The notes: generated by a model from the letters alone, not told the origin. A DNA stretch of 32,000 bases from Haloquadratum walsbyi C23 (GCF_000237865.1 NC_017459.1:2580001-2612000), one strand, 5' to 3'; positions 1-9,724 are shown, numbered from the stretch's first letter. Numbers and translations: made by a program.

Positions 1-2600
1 CTGCACCGATTGCTCGTGATGAGAAGGGAACATTCGCAGATCGATTTGATGAGCTTGTTGCTGATGGATACGCCCGGGTTGAGGTTGATGGTAAAACATA
101 TGATCTTACCAGGGAAACACCGTCGCTGGACAAAAACTATGATCACACGATTGATGTCATTGTTGACCGGATAAAAATCGACCCAGAGGCAACAGCTCGA
201 ATCACCGATTCAGTCGAAACAGCACTTGATGAGGCTGGTGGTGTTCTAAAAGTAATTATCCCTGATCCTCCTGCTGACGTGCCGTTTGCCTCGAACGCGC
301 GCTCAACGGGAGCCCTTGGTGGTGACAGCGATAATCGGCTTATTGTTGAGTTCTCTGAGGAGTTGGGAAATCCGAATTCTGATATCCAGTTTGTCGAAAT
401 CGAAACACGGTCATTCTCATTCAATAGTCCGTATGGAGCATGTCCGGAGTGCGAGGGGCTTGGTCAAACAAAGGAGGTTGATGAGGATCTTGTTGTTCGT
501 GACCCGTCAAAACCACTTACGGATGTCTTTGAGGCATGGTCTTATGACCGCTCATACTATCGGACTCGCATCGATGCTGTTGCCTCTCACTTTGATGTGA
601 GCGTCAAAACATCATTCGCTGATCTTGATTCAGATATACAACGGCAATTTCTCTATGGGACTGATACCGAGGTGGTATTCGAACGTCAAACACGGAATGG
701 AACCCGTCGGAAAACAAAACGTTTCGAGGGTGTTATTCCAAATCTTGAGCGCAGACATGTTGAGACAGACTCTGATTCAACACGAGAGCATATTGAAGAG
801 TATATGGCAGTAACAACATGCCCTGCTTGTGATGGGACACGGCTAAAAAAGCAATCGCGACATGTTCTTGTTGGTGAGACAGCCATTACTGAGGTTAATC
901 AGATGAGTATTGGTGACGCGCTCACCCATTTTGAAGGACTTGAGTCAGAACTTAGTGAACGCGAAGAGACAATTGCATCAGAGATCCTCAAAGAAATTCG
1001 TTCACGTCTGAGGTTCATGCAAGAAGTTGGATTAGAGTATCTCACCCTCGACCGTGAGGCATCAACACTTTCTGGAGGTGAAAGCCAGCGGATCCGTCTT
1101 GCAACACAGGTTGGATCCGGACTTGTCGGTGTGTTATATGTGCTTGATGAGCCGTCGATTGGACTACATCAACGCGATAATGATCGACTTTTGAATACAC
1201 TTGAGGGGCTTCGTGATCTTGGAAACACGCTTCTTGTCGTTGAACATGATGAGGAAACAATGCGACGTGCGGACTCGATTATTGATATGGGTCCTGGTCC
1301 TGGTAGTCAAGGTGGTGAGGTTGTTGTCCATGGTGATTTTGAAACAGTATGTGAGGCTGAAGACTCAATCACTGGCGATTATCTTTCCGGTCAACGTCAA
1401 ATCCCTGTTCCAGAGGATCGACGTGAATCAGATACTGCATTAACCATCCGTGGTGCCTGTCAGCACAATCTCAAAAATATCGACGTACAGCTCCCAATCG
1501 GGCAATTCACAGCAATCACTGGTGTTTCAGGATCAGGAAAATCAACACTCATGCATGATATCCTATATAAGGGCCTTGCTCGAGAGATGAATGATAATAC
1601 CTCAGTTGACCCTGGAGAGCACGATGCGATTGAGGGAACGGATGAAATCGAAACAGTACGACTCATCGACCAGTCACCAATCGGGCGGACACCACGGTCG
1701 AATCCAGCAACATATACTGGAGTCTTTGATTATGTGCGTGAGTTATTTGCAGAAACAAAGCTATCAAAACAGCGAGGATATGCAAAAGGTCGATTCTCAT
1801 TTAATGTCAAAGGTGGTCGATGTGAGACTTGTGGTGGGCAGGGGACAGTGAAAATTGATATGAATTTCCTTTCGGACGTATATGTCCCATGTGAGACGTG
1901 TGACGGTGCACGATACAATAATAAAACACTTGATGTCACATATAAGGAAAGAACGATTGCTGATGTGCTTGAAATGGAGGTCTCTGAAGCACTTGAGTTC
2001 TTTTCAGCAAATAGCCAGATCCGACGTCGCCTCCAATTACTTGAAGACGTCGGGCTCGGATATATGACGCTTGGACAGCCATCAACAACGCTCTCAGGCG
2101 GTGAGGCACAACGAGTTAAGCTTGCAGAAGAACTTGGAAAAAGACAAACAGGTGATACATTATATTTACTTGATGAACCAACAACTGGGCTTCACAAGGA
2201 GGATGAGCGAAAGCTCATTTCGGTGCTCCAGCGACTGACAGATAATGGAAATACTGTCATCGTTGTTGAGCATGAACTTGACCTGATCAAAAATGCTGAT
2301 ACGATCGTTGATCTCGGTCCCGAGGGTGGAGAAAATGGTGGCGATATTGTCGCGGTTGGAACGCCTGAATCAATCGCAAGGACTGATACATCATATACTG
2401 GACAATATCTTCGAGATCATCTTCCAGATGTAGATATTGCGGGTCCACGGGCAGACCGTGATAACACCACAGCCGATTCAATCACCGAGACAGACACCAG
2501 CACAGATACGAATATGAATCAAACTACCGCTAATACCAATACTAACTCGAAGTCTGATTCCGATGGCGAGGAGCCAGCGCCGACGACAAACGACGACTAA
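1..2600 (+). CDS. uvrA: Excinuclease ABC subunit A (UvrA), 5'-truncated by the window edge; the M at 279 in the ORF track is internal
   Basis: Frame 3 is open from base 3 (APIARDEKGTFADRFDELVADGYARVEVDG...). Two ABC modules are present: Walker A GVSGSGKST, signatures LSGGESQR and LSGGEAQR, Walker B YVLDEPS and YLLDEPT. Zinc modules are CPECEGLG and CETCGGQG..CETCDG. Stop at 2598-2600. Confidence 0.95.
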   Translation, partial: APIARDEKGTFADRFDELVADGYARVEVDGKTYDLTRETPSLDKNYDHTIDVIVDRIKIDPEATARITDSVETALDEAGGVLKVIIPDPPADVPFASNARSTGALGGDSDNRLIVEFSEELGNPNSDIQFVEIETRSFSFNSPYGACPECEGLGQTKEVDEDLVVRDPSKPLTDVFEAWSYDRSYYRTRIDAVASHFDVSVKTSFADLDSDIQRQFLYGTDTEVVFERQTRNGTRRKTKRFEGVIPNLERRHVETDSDSTREHIEEYMAVTTCPACDGTRLKKQSRHVLVGETAITEVNQMSIGDALTHFEGLESELSEREETIASEILKEIRSRLRFMQEVGLEYLTLDREASTLSGGESQRIRLATQVGSGLVGVLYVLDEPSIGLHQRDNDRLLNTLEGLRDLGNTLLVVEHDEETMRRADSIIDMGPGPGSQGGEVVVHGDFETVCEAEDSITGDYLSGQRQIPVPEDRRESDTALTIRGACQHNLKNIDVQLPIGQFTAITGVSGSGKSTLMHDILYKGLAREMNDNTSVDPGEHDAIEGTDEIETVRLIDQSPIGRTPRSNPATYTGVFDYVRELFAETKLSKQRGYAKGRFSFNVKGGRCETCGGQGTVKIDMNFLSDVYVPCETCDGARYNNKTLDVTYKERTIADVLEMEVSEALEFFSANSQIRRRLQLLEDVGLGYMTLGQPSTTLSGGEAQRVKLAEELGKRQTGDTLYLLDEPTTGLHKEDERKLISVLQRLTDNGNTVIVVEHELDLIKNADTIVDLGPEGGENGGDIVAVGTPESIARTDTSYTGQYLRDHLPDVDIAGPRADRDNTTADSITETDTSTDTNMNQTTANTNTNSKSDSDGEEPAPTTNDD

Positions 2601-2742
2601 TAATCTCACATTAAGACGCGTTAATGTTATTCTTATATTATTTTCATATCATTGAGATGGTGATATTCAGATTCTTGTTGGCAATGCTTACACATGGCGA
2701 CGACTTTATGAATTGACCCTTCATATAATAACTACTATATCG

Positions 2743-3123
2743 ATGAATGGAAACAACCCGTATGCTGGTGCGCCGGGTGTTGTTGACGCAGGTCAACCAA
2801 CCGATTCCGACATTTCAATGTCGCAGGTACAGACGCTTCGGCGTGCTGTTGCGGGAATCGTCGCTCAAACCGAGATGTATCTTCCAGAGGGCTATGCTGT
2901 TGGGTCAGAATTATCATATGGAACAGACGGTCCACAGGCCACGGTTGCTGTCCAACCGCCTGCAGGTCGTCCTGTCAGTGCAGGCTTCACCCCTGATGAG
3001 GATGATCTTGAGTCCGGACTTACAGACGAAGATCGAGATGAAGTTGCTCGTGGACTAGCTGCTTCAGCCGCGTTTCAGGTTATGAATACCGTTGGCGATG
3101 ACATAACCCCGACTGCTCGGTGA
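2743..3123 (+). CDS. Hypothetical acidic protein (about 126 aa); ATG at 2743 preferred over the TTG at 2713
   Basis: Clean ORF with an acidic halophile-type composition (DEDDLESGLTDEDRDEVARGLAASAAF). No recognisable catalytic motif. Confidence 0.5.
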   Translation: MNGNNPYAGAPGVVDAGQPTDSDISMSQVQTLRRAVAGIVAQTEMYLPEGYAVGSELSYGTDGPQATVAVQPPAGRPVSAGFTPDEDDLESGLTDEDRDEVARGLAASAAFQVMNTVGDDITPTAR

Positions 3124-3361
3124 AGTGCTGATATATATGCTTACAGATAGTTTGTTTCAATCCAAGCTGATGCATTGATCTACCCTCTGTGAGATTCAAA
3201 CTCGCTTTTTAAGAATATTCTACTTACAACGCCGTTCGGGGTTATCAGACCGATGGTATCGTGGGAATGTCCGAGAGCCACGTGAAGCCTCGGGACCTGA
3301 CCTCGAGGTGGTTCAGAAAAACAATGCAGGACTGACATCCTCGCCGCCCTGAAGATGGAAA

Positions 3362-3607
3362 CTATGCACTTGGGTCATCGATGAAGAGTCCATACCCAAG
3401 TAATAGTGCGGAGGGCACTCCTCCAGTGCCTACTCCGACAGAAACCGGCACCGCTGTCATAACTGAAACAAGAAAACCAACTATAAGCGGAACCGGAAGG
3501 ATAATGATGAGAAGATCGTATCGTGATCTAATGAGTAAATTAAACGCAATATTTCCTATTGGCTCTCTTGTACTCATAGGTTCTTTGCACCAATTTAAGA
3601 TACTCAC
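3362..3607 (-). CDS. Possible small two-helix membrane protein (81 aa, or about 71 aa from the internal ATG)
   Basis: ORF with two hydrophobic stretches (LLIIILPVPLIVGFLVSVMTAV and GGVPSALLLGYGLFI). It lies in an otherwise decayed region and has no homology anchor. Confidence 0.25.
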   Translation of the reverse strand: MSILNWCKEPMSTREPIGNIAFNLLIRSRYDLLIIILPVPLIVGFLVSVMTAVPVSVGVGTGGVPSALLLGYGLFIDDPSA

Positions 3608-4014
3608 GTTTCATTACTAAATTTTCGCATAATATTTTTGATAAACATGTGATAGTGTCTATTATCTGATATTACAGAGTAGAACCTGCTAGCCCAATTT
3701 TATTCTTGTGCAGGTGGTACAAGGCGAGTGTCCCAAGGTTTGATTTTGGGTCAATTCACTGAAGATTGTGCTACAGTTTAATACTTTCAATAATTCTCGC
3801 CGAATATATTGATATTGTAAAAATAGATAAGATTATAATCCCTCATGATTACCCATAATCACAGGTTGTCAGCGTATTGGTTGTCATGCAATCAACTGAT
3901 GAGTCAGGGTTCGCTTGGACGGCCGATAAACTGCCATCCTGTAGATAAGGCTGCAATACTCTCGCGGTGACTTCCAATTGAGTATCCCAGCTTTGCGCCC
4001 GTGTTTTTCTTTTT

Positions 4015-4319
4015 TTAGCGATCAAGATCATCGCTGACGTAGCGGGCAATCATCTGTAACACTCTCGAGTACACATCGTTGTGGTCGTCCAACCAATATT
4101 TTATATCGAGCAGCAGACCCTGCATCGCGGTGTACGACAGGTACTCGTCCGTGTTGCGCAGTTCGTGAACCCACTCCGGGTCAAGCCCTGGGGCAGTTGC
4201 CTTGACCGCCTGTACAAGCAGTGGTTATAAATTTCTCGACAGGCATCCACATGTCCGTGGTATTGCGCCTGCTCATAATATAACTTACGGCTGTATCCCT
4301 GCTGTACTGCGCTACTCAC
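4015..4319 (-). pseudogene. Frameshifted ORF of unknown function (about 100 aa when the two frames are joined)
   Basis: Frame a reads MSSAVQQGYSRKLYYEQAQYHGHVDACREIYNH. About 4190-4224 the plausible sequence continues in another frame as LLVQAVKATAPGLDPEWVHELRNTDEYLSYTAMQGLLLDIKYWLDDHNDVYSRVLQMIARYVSDDLDR, with its stop at 4015-4017. The original frame decays into Arg/Cys-rich junk. Confidence 0.3.
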
Positions 4320-4417
4320 TCACTTCGCTCGTTTGGTTGTTTCTTGAGGACGGGGGGTTAGTCTGTAAGGATTAAATCGATGAGTGCGTGAAAGCGTTTC
4401 AGTAAGCCTGAGGCGGG

Positions 4418-6280
4418 TCACTTTCCCCAGAAAGGATCGCGCTTACGGTGAGAGTCTAGATAGCTTGTTAATGCCTCAAGTTCATCTGCTGGAATCTCAT
4501 CAATTAGTTCCTGTTCAAGTATTTTGGCGTGTTTTTCAGGCAATTCAACCCATAGTTCATCGCCTTCCTCAATTTGTCGACCTACAGTCGGACCGTCGAT
4601 AGCAATCGAAACACGAGTCCCCGCTCGCGCCGAGGAGACATCTTCTCCTTGCTCTTGAATCCCAGAGAGTTCACCGATGCGCGCTGGTTCATTGCCATTC
4701 CATTTAATGATATACTGGTTATTCTTTAATGTGCCAGACAGAACTTCAACACCAACAACAGCAGGGCTTGACTGTCTGAATACGTGGTCTTCGAGTATCC
4801 GAAACCGACAAGGACGCACAATTTTATCTAGCACAGTCTCTTGTTGTGCGCGCTCTTGCTCATCAACATACGACTTATACTCATCAACAAGTTGATATAT
4901 AACGTCATCAGTAAACAGACGAACATTACTTTCTTCAAGTTCATCACTCGCATTTGAGAGAACATCAACACTGAATCCAAGGACGGTTTGATTTCGTTCT
5001 TCATTGGCTGTCGATGCGATAGCAATATCTCGGGGAGCAACGTCACCAACCTCCGCGCGAAGGATTGGGACATCAGCTTCTTTTAATGCATTTGCCATTG
5101 CTTCAAGACTCCCAAGTGTATCGGCTTTGACGACAACACCCTCTTCAGCGGTCTCTACTGCAATATCCGCAAGCTCAGCTTCAACTTCACTCACAACGTT
5201 TGCCCGGTCTCGATTGCGGACAACACGAAGGGGAGCTCCCGCCATTGCATTGTCAAGATCTGGAGCTGCGATCTTAACCCCAGCCGCAGCCTGCGCTATC
5301 TCAACACGATCAAATCGATTTTCAGTGCGAATTTCAGCATTTGGTCGTGGCTGTAATAATGCACGAACATCAGTCACGATTGGTCCATCGGTCCCACCGA
5401 CGATAATAATATCATCCGGTCGAACACTCCCATCATATAGGACGACATCAACAGTCGCTCCAAATCCACGCTCGTCTTTCACTTCGAGAATCGTCCCTGC
5501 GCCAGGTCCAGTGATGTCAATCGCCATCTGCTCGCGCATATATCGCTGTGAAAGCCCCATTAATACTGCAAGCAGATCTGGAACCCCTTCACTCGTAATT
5601 GCTGATAATGGGACAACACCGACATTTTTCGTAAAGTTCTGTACACGCCAATAGAGATCGCCTGAAAACCCCTCATCAGAAAGATCACCAATAAGTTCAT
5701 ACAGTCGTTCATCAAGCCGGTCACGGGCAGCGCTCGGTTGTGATTCGTATGTCGGCTGGATTGGTGACCCATCTGTCGGAGTCCATCCCGGAGTTGTATC
5801 AACTTTATTTGCTGCAACGACAAACGGGGTGCCTGTTCGCTGGAGAATATCTAAGGCTTCAATCGTCTGTGGCTGAAATCCATCATTCACATCAACAACG
5901 ACGACTGCAATATCTGCGAGTGCACCTCCACGTGATCGAAGTGTGGTGAATGAGTGATGCCCGGGCGTATCAATGAATAGTAGTCCAGGAAGATCAAAAT
6001 CAGCCGGATCAACAAGCTCACCAGCCATCTCTGATACTGTTTCAAGCGGGACCGCTGTTGCACCGATATGCTGTGTAATCGCTCCTGCTTCGCCTTCACT
6101 CACAGCAGAGCCACGGACTGTATCAAGAAGTGTCGTCTTACCGTGATCAACATGCCCAAGAACAGCGACGATTGGCGTCCGAAGAGTATCTCCATCCGCA
6201 TTTGCATTTGCGTCCGCATTCATACTTGTCTCAGTAGTCGAAACAGCATCTGTATCGGCGTCAGCGTCGGTATCAGACAT
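4418..6280 (-). CDS. infB: Translation initiation factor aIF5B (archaeal IF-2)
   Basis: GTPase motifs GHVDHGKTT, DTPGH and NKVD. Full-length 620 aa with an ATG start at 6280 and a low-complexity acidic N-terminal tail. Confidence 0.95.
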   Translation of the reverse strand: MSDTDADADTDAVSTTETSMNADANANADGDTLRTPIVAVLGHVDHGKTTLLDTVRGSAVSEGEAGAITQHIGATAVPLETVSEMAGELVDPADFDLPGLLFIDTPGHHSFTTLRSRGGALADIAVVVVDVNDGFQPQTIEALDILQRTGTPFVVAANKVDTTPGWTPTDGSPIQPTYESQPSAARDRLDERLYELIGDLSDEGFSGDLYWRVQNFTKNVGVVPLSAITSEGVPDLLAVLMGLSQRYMREQMAIDITGPGAGTILEVKDERGFGATVDVVLYDGSVRPDDIIIVGGTDGPIVTDVRALLQPRPNAEIRTENRFDRVEIAQAAAGVKIAAPDLDNAMAGAPLRVVRNRDRANVVSEVEAELADIAVETAEEGVVVKADTLGSLEAMANALKEADVPILRAEVGDVAPRDIAIASTANEERNQTVLGFSVDVLSNASDELEESNVRLFTDDVIYQLVDEYKSYVDEQERAQQETVLDKIVRPCRFRILEDHVFRQSSPAVVGVEVLSGTLKNNQYIIKWNGNEPARIGELSGIQEQGEDVSSARAGTRVSIAIDGPTVGRQIEEGDELWVELPEKHAKILEQELIDEIPADELEALTSYLDSHRKRDPFWGK

Positions 6281-6420
6281 AAATAATCACCCCGAGAAAT
6301 TCTATGTACAATCTACTACTGGATTATAATTAAGTCCATCGTCATCAGATGCCAGCGTAGGGTATTCGCCGTCGCAGTCAACCCCTGATGTTTATATGAC
6401 ACGGTGCGATATGAGCGAAC

Positions 6421-6666
6421 ATGAGTGAGCAGCTAGCGAAAAACCTCTCAGGAAAGGCTGTGATGGGTTCCGATGGGACGCAACTCGGATCGCTATACAA
6501 TGTTGAAATGGATATAGACTCAGGCGCATTAAATGATCTACTAGTATCGCCACATAGTGAAATCCTCACTGATCAGCTTCAATTCGACGTGGACGAACAG
6601 GGACGAATTCGAGTGCCGGTCAATCTCGTTCAGTCCGTCGAAGACTACATCGTTGTCCAGCGGTAA
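6421..6666 (+). CDS. PRC-barrel domain protein
   Basis: 81 aa with a typical PRC-barrel pattern (LSGKAVMGSDGTQLGSLYNVEMDIDSGALNDLLV...RVPVNLVQSVEDYIVV). It sits in the infB / PRC-barrel / nob1 neighbourhood that I recall as common in archaea. Confidence 0.8.
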   Translation: MSEQLAKNLSGKAVMGSDGTQLGSLYNVEMDIDSGALNDLLVSPHSEILTDQLQFDVDEQGRIRVPVNLVQSVEDYIVVQR

Positions 6667-6686
6667 TTAGATATAGGCGCTTTCCG

Positions 6687-7145
6687 ATGCAGGTTCTTGA
6701 TTCGTCGGCGTTCATCCACGAGTATCATACGACAGACGACACGGCATCAATTCCGATGGTTCGCGAAGAACTTGAAGATGAAGCAGCATATCGGTTTGAT
6801 GCCGATGAAGGGTCAGGGATGCATATCCATATCCCTGCAGGCGGCACTGTCGACACTATCAAGCGTGCAGCACGTGAAACAGGAGATGCTGAAACCCTTT
6901 CAGACACCGATGTCCGACTCCTCGCAACTGCGTTCGAACTTGATGCTGTTCTTGTTACCGATGATTATGCAATGCAGAATGTTGCTGATCACGTTGATGT
7001 CACGGTGAATATTATTGCGCGAGATGGTATCAAAGAGGCTCGCAACTGGATTTATCAATGCCAGGGATGCGGACGAGAGTTCGAAGAGAATCGCGAGCGT
7101 TGTCCAATCTGTGGTTCTGAGCTCGCACGAAAAAATCCCGCGTGA
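6687..7145 (+). CDS. nob1: Nob1-like endonuclease (PIN domain plus C-terminal zinc ribbon), 16S rRNA 3'-end maturation
   Basis: N-terminal PIN start VLDSSAFI, LSDTDVRLLATAFELDAVLVTDDYAMQNVA, and a C-terminal CQGCG...CPICG zinc ribbon. Confidence 0.8.
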   Translation: MQVLDSSAFIHEYHTTDDTASIPMVREELEDEAAYRFDADEGSGMHIHIPAGGTVDTIKRAARETGDAETLSDTDVRLLATAFELDAVLVTDDYAMQNVADHVDVTVNIIARDGIKEARNWIYQCQGCGREFEENRERCPICGSELARKNPA

Positions 7146-7165
7146 TTAATTCAACAAGAGTCATG

Positions 7166-7530
7166 TAAATGAACGACCCCGAGGTACTTAGCCGTCAGAG
7201 ACAGCCCCGGTGAAGACGGGGCTTCCAGCGAAGTTTCTTTGAAATCTGACCAGATTCACGAGCAGAGAGTTATTTATTATGGGGCGTCCACGGACTGCTC
7301 TAGACTCTCTTTCTCAAACATCTTATCCAAGAGATTGAGCGTCCTTGTCTGAGCAGTGGCGAAACGGCAAGAACGAATGGTGTTGCCGTCTGTGTTAGTG
7401 GTTTGAACTAGTTCCACGTTAGAGAATAACTTGTCTGTTATCTTAGATATTAATTGTTGTAGTCTGTCAGGTGTATCCCCTCGCTACTTGTTCGTTTCAC
7501 TCACCTCTTGAGCAAGGGATCTTGTCCTCC
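7166..7530 (-). repeat. MITE-like ~365 bp element, copy A (reverse orientation relative to copy B at 24473-24845)
   Basis: The reverse complement aligns end to end with 24473-24845. Examples: ctcaagaggtgagtgaaacgaacaagtagcgaggggatacac vs ctcaagaaatgagtgaagcgaacgagtagcgaggggatacac, tctaacgtggaa...ttcaaacc...acagacgg.aacaccat.cgttcttg.cgt.tcgcc, and gacggctaag....tcgggg..gttca. There is no ORF. Confidence 0.7.
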
Positions 7531-7635
7531 AATTTAGCTAATACAAATTGCACCCCTCAGTACGGTTTTATTATACCCGAGCTGATATGTGGGTATTTAC
7601 TTTTTATTTCATTCCTCTGTCACACTCGGAGGCTC

Positions 7636-8385
7636 TCAGATACTACCATTAACAACTGAGATGTATGCCATTACAAACTGAACCGTATTGAATAGCCCAT
7701 GAACAACAGCGGGAACTAATAGCGTCCGTGTTCGTTCATATAGCAGTCCAAGTGTTGCACCAAGTGCAAGAATCGTAATGAGCGTTGCAAGTAGTGCAAA
7801 GATATCACCACCGCTGTATGAACTGAAATGAACTGCCGCAAAGACGGTGCTCGCCGCAACAACAGCAAATATGGATCCATATGCATCACGAAACTGGGTC
7901 TGAATGAGACCTCGAAAAATAAGCTCTTCTGCGGGTCCAACCAAGAAAATGGTTACCGGAATTAGATACAGAAAATACACTGGGCTGTTCTGCCCCTGGT
8001 CGATGATTGCACTATCAGCAGTTTCAATCCCAAGGACTCCGAAGAGTAGATTAATTCCAGCAAATAGTCCAATCAGTGCAAGTAATCCACCAATTATCCA
8101 TACAAAATCTCGACTCGTTGGTCGTGTTAATCCAATTCGATTGAGTTGGTCTGTAAGATATGCATATACAACTCCAACAACACCAAAGCCAATAAACTGG
8201 AATGCACTCATCAGTGCAAGTCCAAGTGCAGTCTCTTGTCCAATGCCTATGACGCTGACTGCGACACCACCAAGAGAGACAGCAACTGCAGCCGCAACAA
8301 AGATGAGTGCAATAATGACGAACGCGCCGCCAAATGCTTTGAGATGAACGTATGGATTATCAAGCGATGACGAGATAGATGACAT
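7636..8385 (-). CDS. CPBP-family intramembrane glutamic endopeptidase (CAAX protease / Abi family)
   Basis: Polytopic membrane protein with the motifs PAEELIFRGLIQ, FAAVH and VVHGLFN. ATG at 8385 preferred over the TTG at 8409. Confidence 0.8.
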   Translation of the reverse strand: MSSISSSLDNPYVHLKAFGGAFVIIALIFVAAAVAVSLGGVAVSVIGIGQETALGLALMSAFQFIGFGVVGVVYAYLTDQLNRIGLTRPTSRDFVWIIGGLLALIGLFAGINLLFGVLGIETADSAIIDQGQNSPVYFLYLIPVTIFLVGPAEELIFRGLIQTQFRDAYGSIFAVVAASTVFAAVHFSSYSGGDIFALLATLITILALGATLGLLYERTRTLLVPAVVHGLFNTVQFVMAYISVVNGSI

Positions 8386-8654
8386 CTCTTGGTTGTAATT
8401 GCGTATCAACTCGAATATCAGTTGCCATCTGATGTTAATTAGTTACTGCGAGCAACAACCGCTCGAGCGTATCAACCATTACTCTCAGCAGATCACAGTA
8501 AAGTATCTTAGAGACAAGGACAAGCCCACGAGGATTCACCCTCTCGGGGTTGTATCAACATCTAAGCCCTGAGACACTCGCCTCGATTGTTTGTAGAATA
8601 CCAAAATAAAATACAGTGGAGGCTCAGATTCAATCAAGATTTGATATCTATATA

Positions 8655-8990
8655 TCAAATTCCAAATCTGAGGATCCATAGCGTTAGCATCCCCGCGATA
8701 ATTGTTGCAAACACATCATCAACATACCATGCAATAGCAGTCGCAGTAATACCAGCAATAAGTTGTTCATTCCCAATAAATTCAATATGCCCACTTGGTG
8801 CGATGAATGCAGGAGCAGCTAATGCAGCAAAAACCGCAGGTGGGACAAATTGTAATCCTCGAGTGACTCGGTCAGGAACATTCTCTAATAATCCAAACAG
8901 TGAGATAAACGAAATACGGATTGTGAATGTCGCTACACCTAACGCAAGGATAACAATCCAGACTGCAAGAGAAGTATATTCGGTTGGCAT
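8655..8990 (-). CDS. azlD: Branched-chain amino acid exporter small subunit AzlD
   Basis: 111 aa, four hydrophobic helices. Its start overlaps the azlC stop by 1 nt (TAATG), the typical azlCD arrangement. Confidence 0.75.
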   Translation of the reverse strand: MPTEYTSLAVWIVILALGVATFTIRISFISLFGLLENVPDRVTRGLQFVPPAVFAALAAPAFIAPSGHIEFIGNEQLIAGITATAIAWYVDDVFATIIAGMLTLWILRFGI

Positions 8991-9724
8991 TAATGATTAG
9001 TCTCCGATGAGGATTGTCCTGGTGTATTAGTATACGTATCAACGACAACGCCAGCAACCACACCTGTGGCACCACCAGTGATAAGCCCTAGATTGAGAGG
9101 AAAATTATAGATAGTTCCAACGGTCGAAACAACCCCACCAACAACTGCTGCTGCGATTGCTGGACGAGAAGCCGCAGCAGGAACAAGTAATGAAAGAAAC
9201 ACAAGCGGGACAGCAAACCCAAGCCCCCACTCGTCAGGGACCCGAGCACCAATGATAATGCCGACAATGGTACAAATCTGCCATACAATCCACAGTGTAA
9301 GTGCAACAGTAAGATAATACCGACGCCGTTCTGTCTTTGAGAGTTCTTTTTCGGCGTATCGCGAGATTGAGAGTGCATATGCCTGATCGGTTAAAACGTA
9401 CGCAGTGATTGCCTTCCAGCGGGGACGAAATGACTGAAATGAGGGAGCAATTGATGCTGAATACATAAGGATTCGAAGATTGATCACAACGCCAGTAATG
9501 ACAACAATACTAAGAGCCGCGTTCTGTCCAAGTAAATCAATCACAGCGAGTTGCGAAGCACCAGCAAAAACAACAACTGAGAGTCCAATTGCCTGTAATG
9601 GGCGCAACCCAGCTTCGACTGCGGCAGCCCCAGCAACAAGACCAAACGGAATGATACCAATTAGAAGTGGAGCGACATCTCGCAACCCGCGAGCAATTTC
9701 AGCGGGAAGGCGACGAGTGGGCAC
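8990..9724 (-). CDS. azlC: Branched-chain amino acid exporter large subunit AzlC
   Basis: 244 aa polytopic protein with an AzlC-like pattern (IPFGLVAGAAAVEAGL...VVFAGASQLA...LNLRILMYSASI). GTG start at 9724. Confidence 0.8.
   Translation of the reverse strand: MPTRRLPAEIARGLRDVAPLLIGIIPFGLVAGAAAVEAGLRPLQAIGLSVVVFAGASQLAVIDLLGQNAALSIVVITGVVINLRILMYSASIAPSFQSFRPRWKAITAYVLTDQAYALSISRYAEKELSKTERRRYYLTVALTLWIVWQICTIVGIIIGARVPDEWGLGFAVPLVFLSLLVPAAASRPAIAAAVVGGVVSTVGTIYNFPLNLGLITGGATGVVAGVVVDTYTNTPGQSSSETNH

Noticed and set aside
279-2600. ORF-track start of UvrA at 279
   Set aside because: The frame is open and UvrA-like from base 3, so the gene simply enters from outside the window.
3185-3215. 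T-loop-like string gagattcaaactcgc, which might hint at a tRNA
   Set aside because: No acceptor-stem complement, D-arm or anticodon arm can be drawn around it.
5004-5654. 216 aa plus-strand ORF inside infB
   Set aside because: It is antisense to a very well supported gene. Its Ser/Thr/Ala/Arg-rich translation is typical of the mirror frame of acidic halophile genes, and it has no motifs.
7904-8347. 147 aa ORF antisense to the CPBP gene. Similar antisense ORFs lie at 8587-9000, 11923-12261, 12868-13278, 14642-15022, 19858-20205, 27475-27882, 28209-28631, 28675-29046 and 31010-31495
   Set aside because: All lie wholly within and opposite strongly supported genes, and all have Pro/Ser/Thr/Arg-rich low-information translations. 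They are mirror-frame artefacts.
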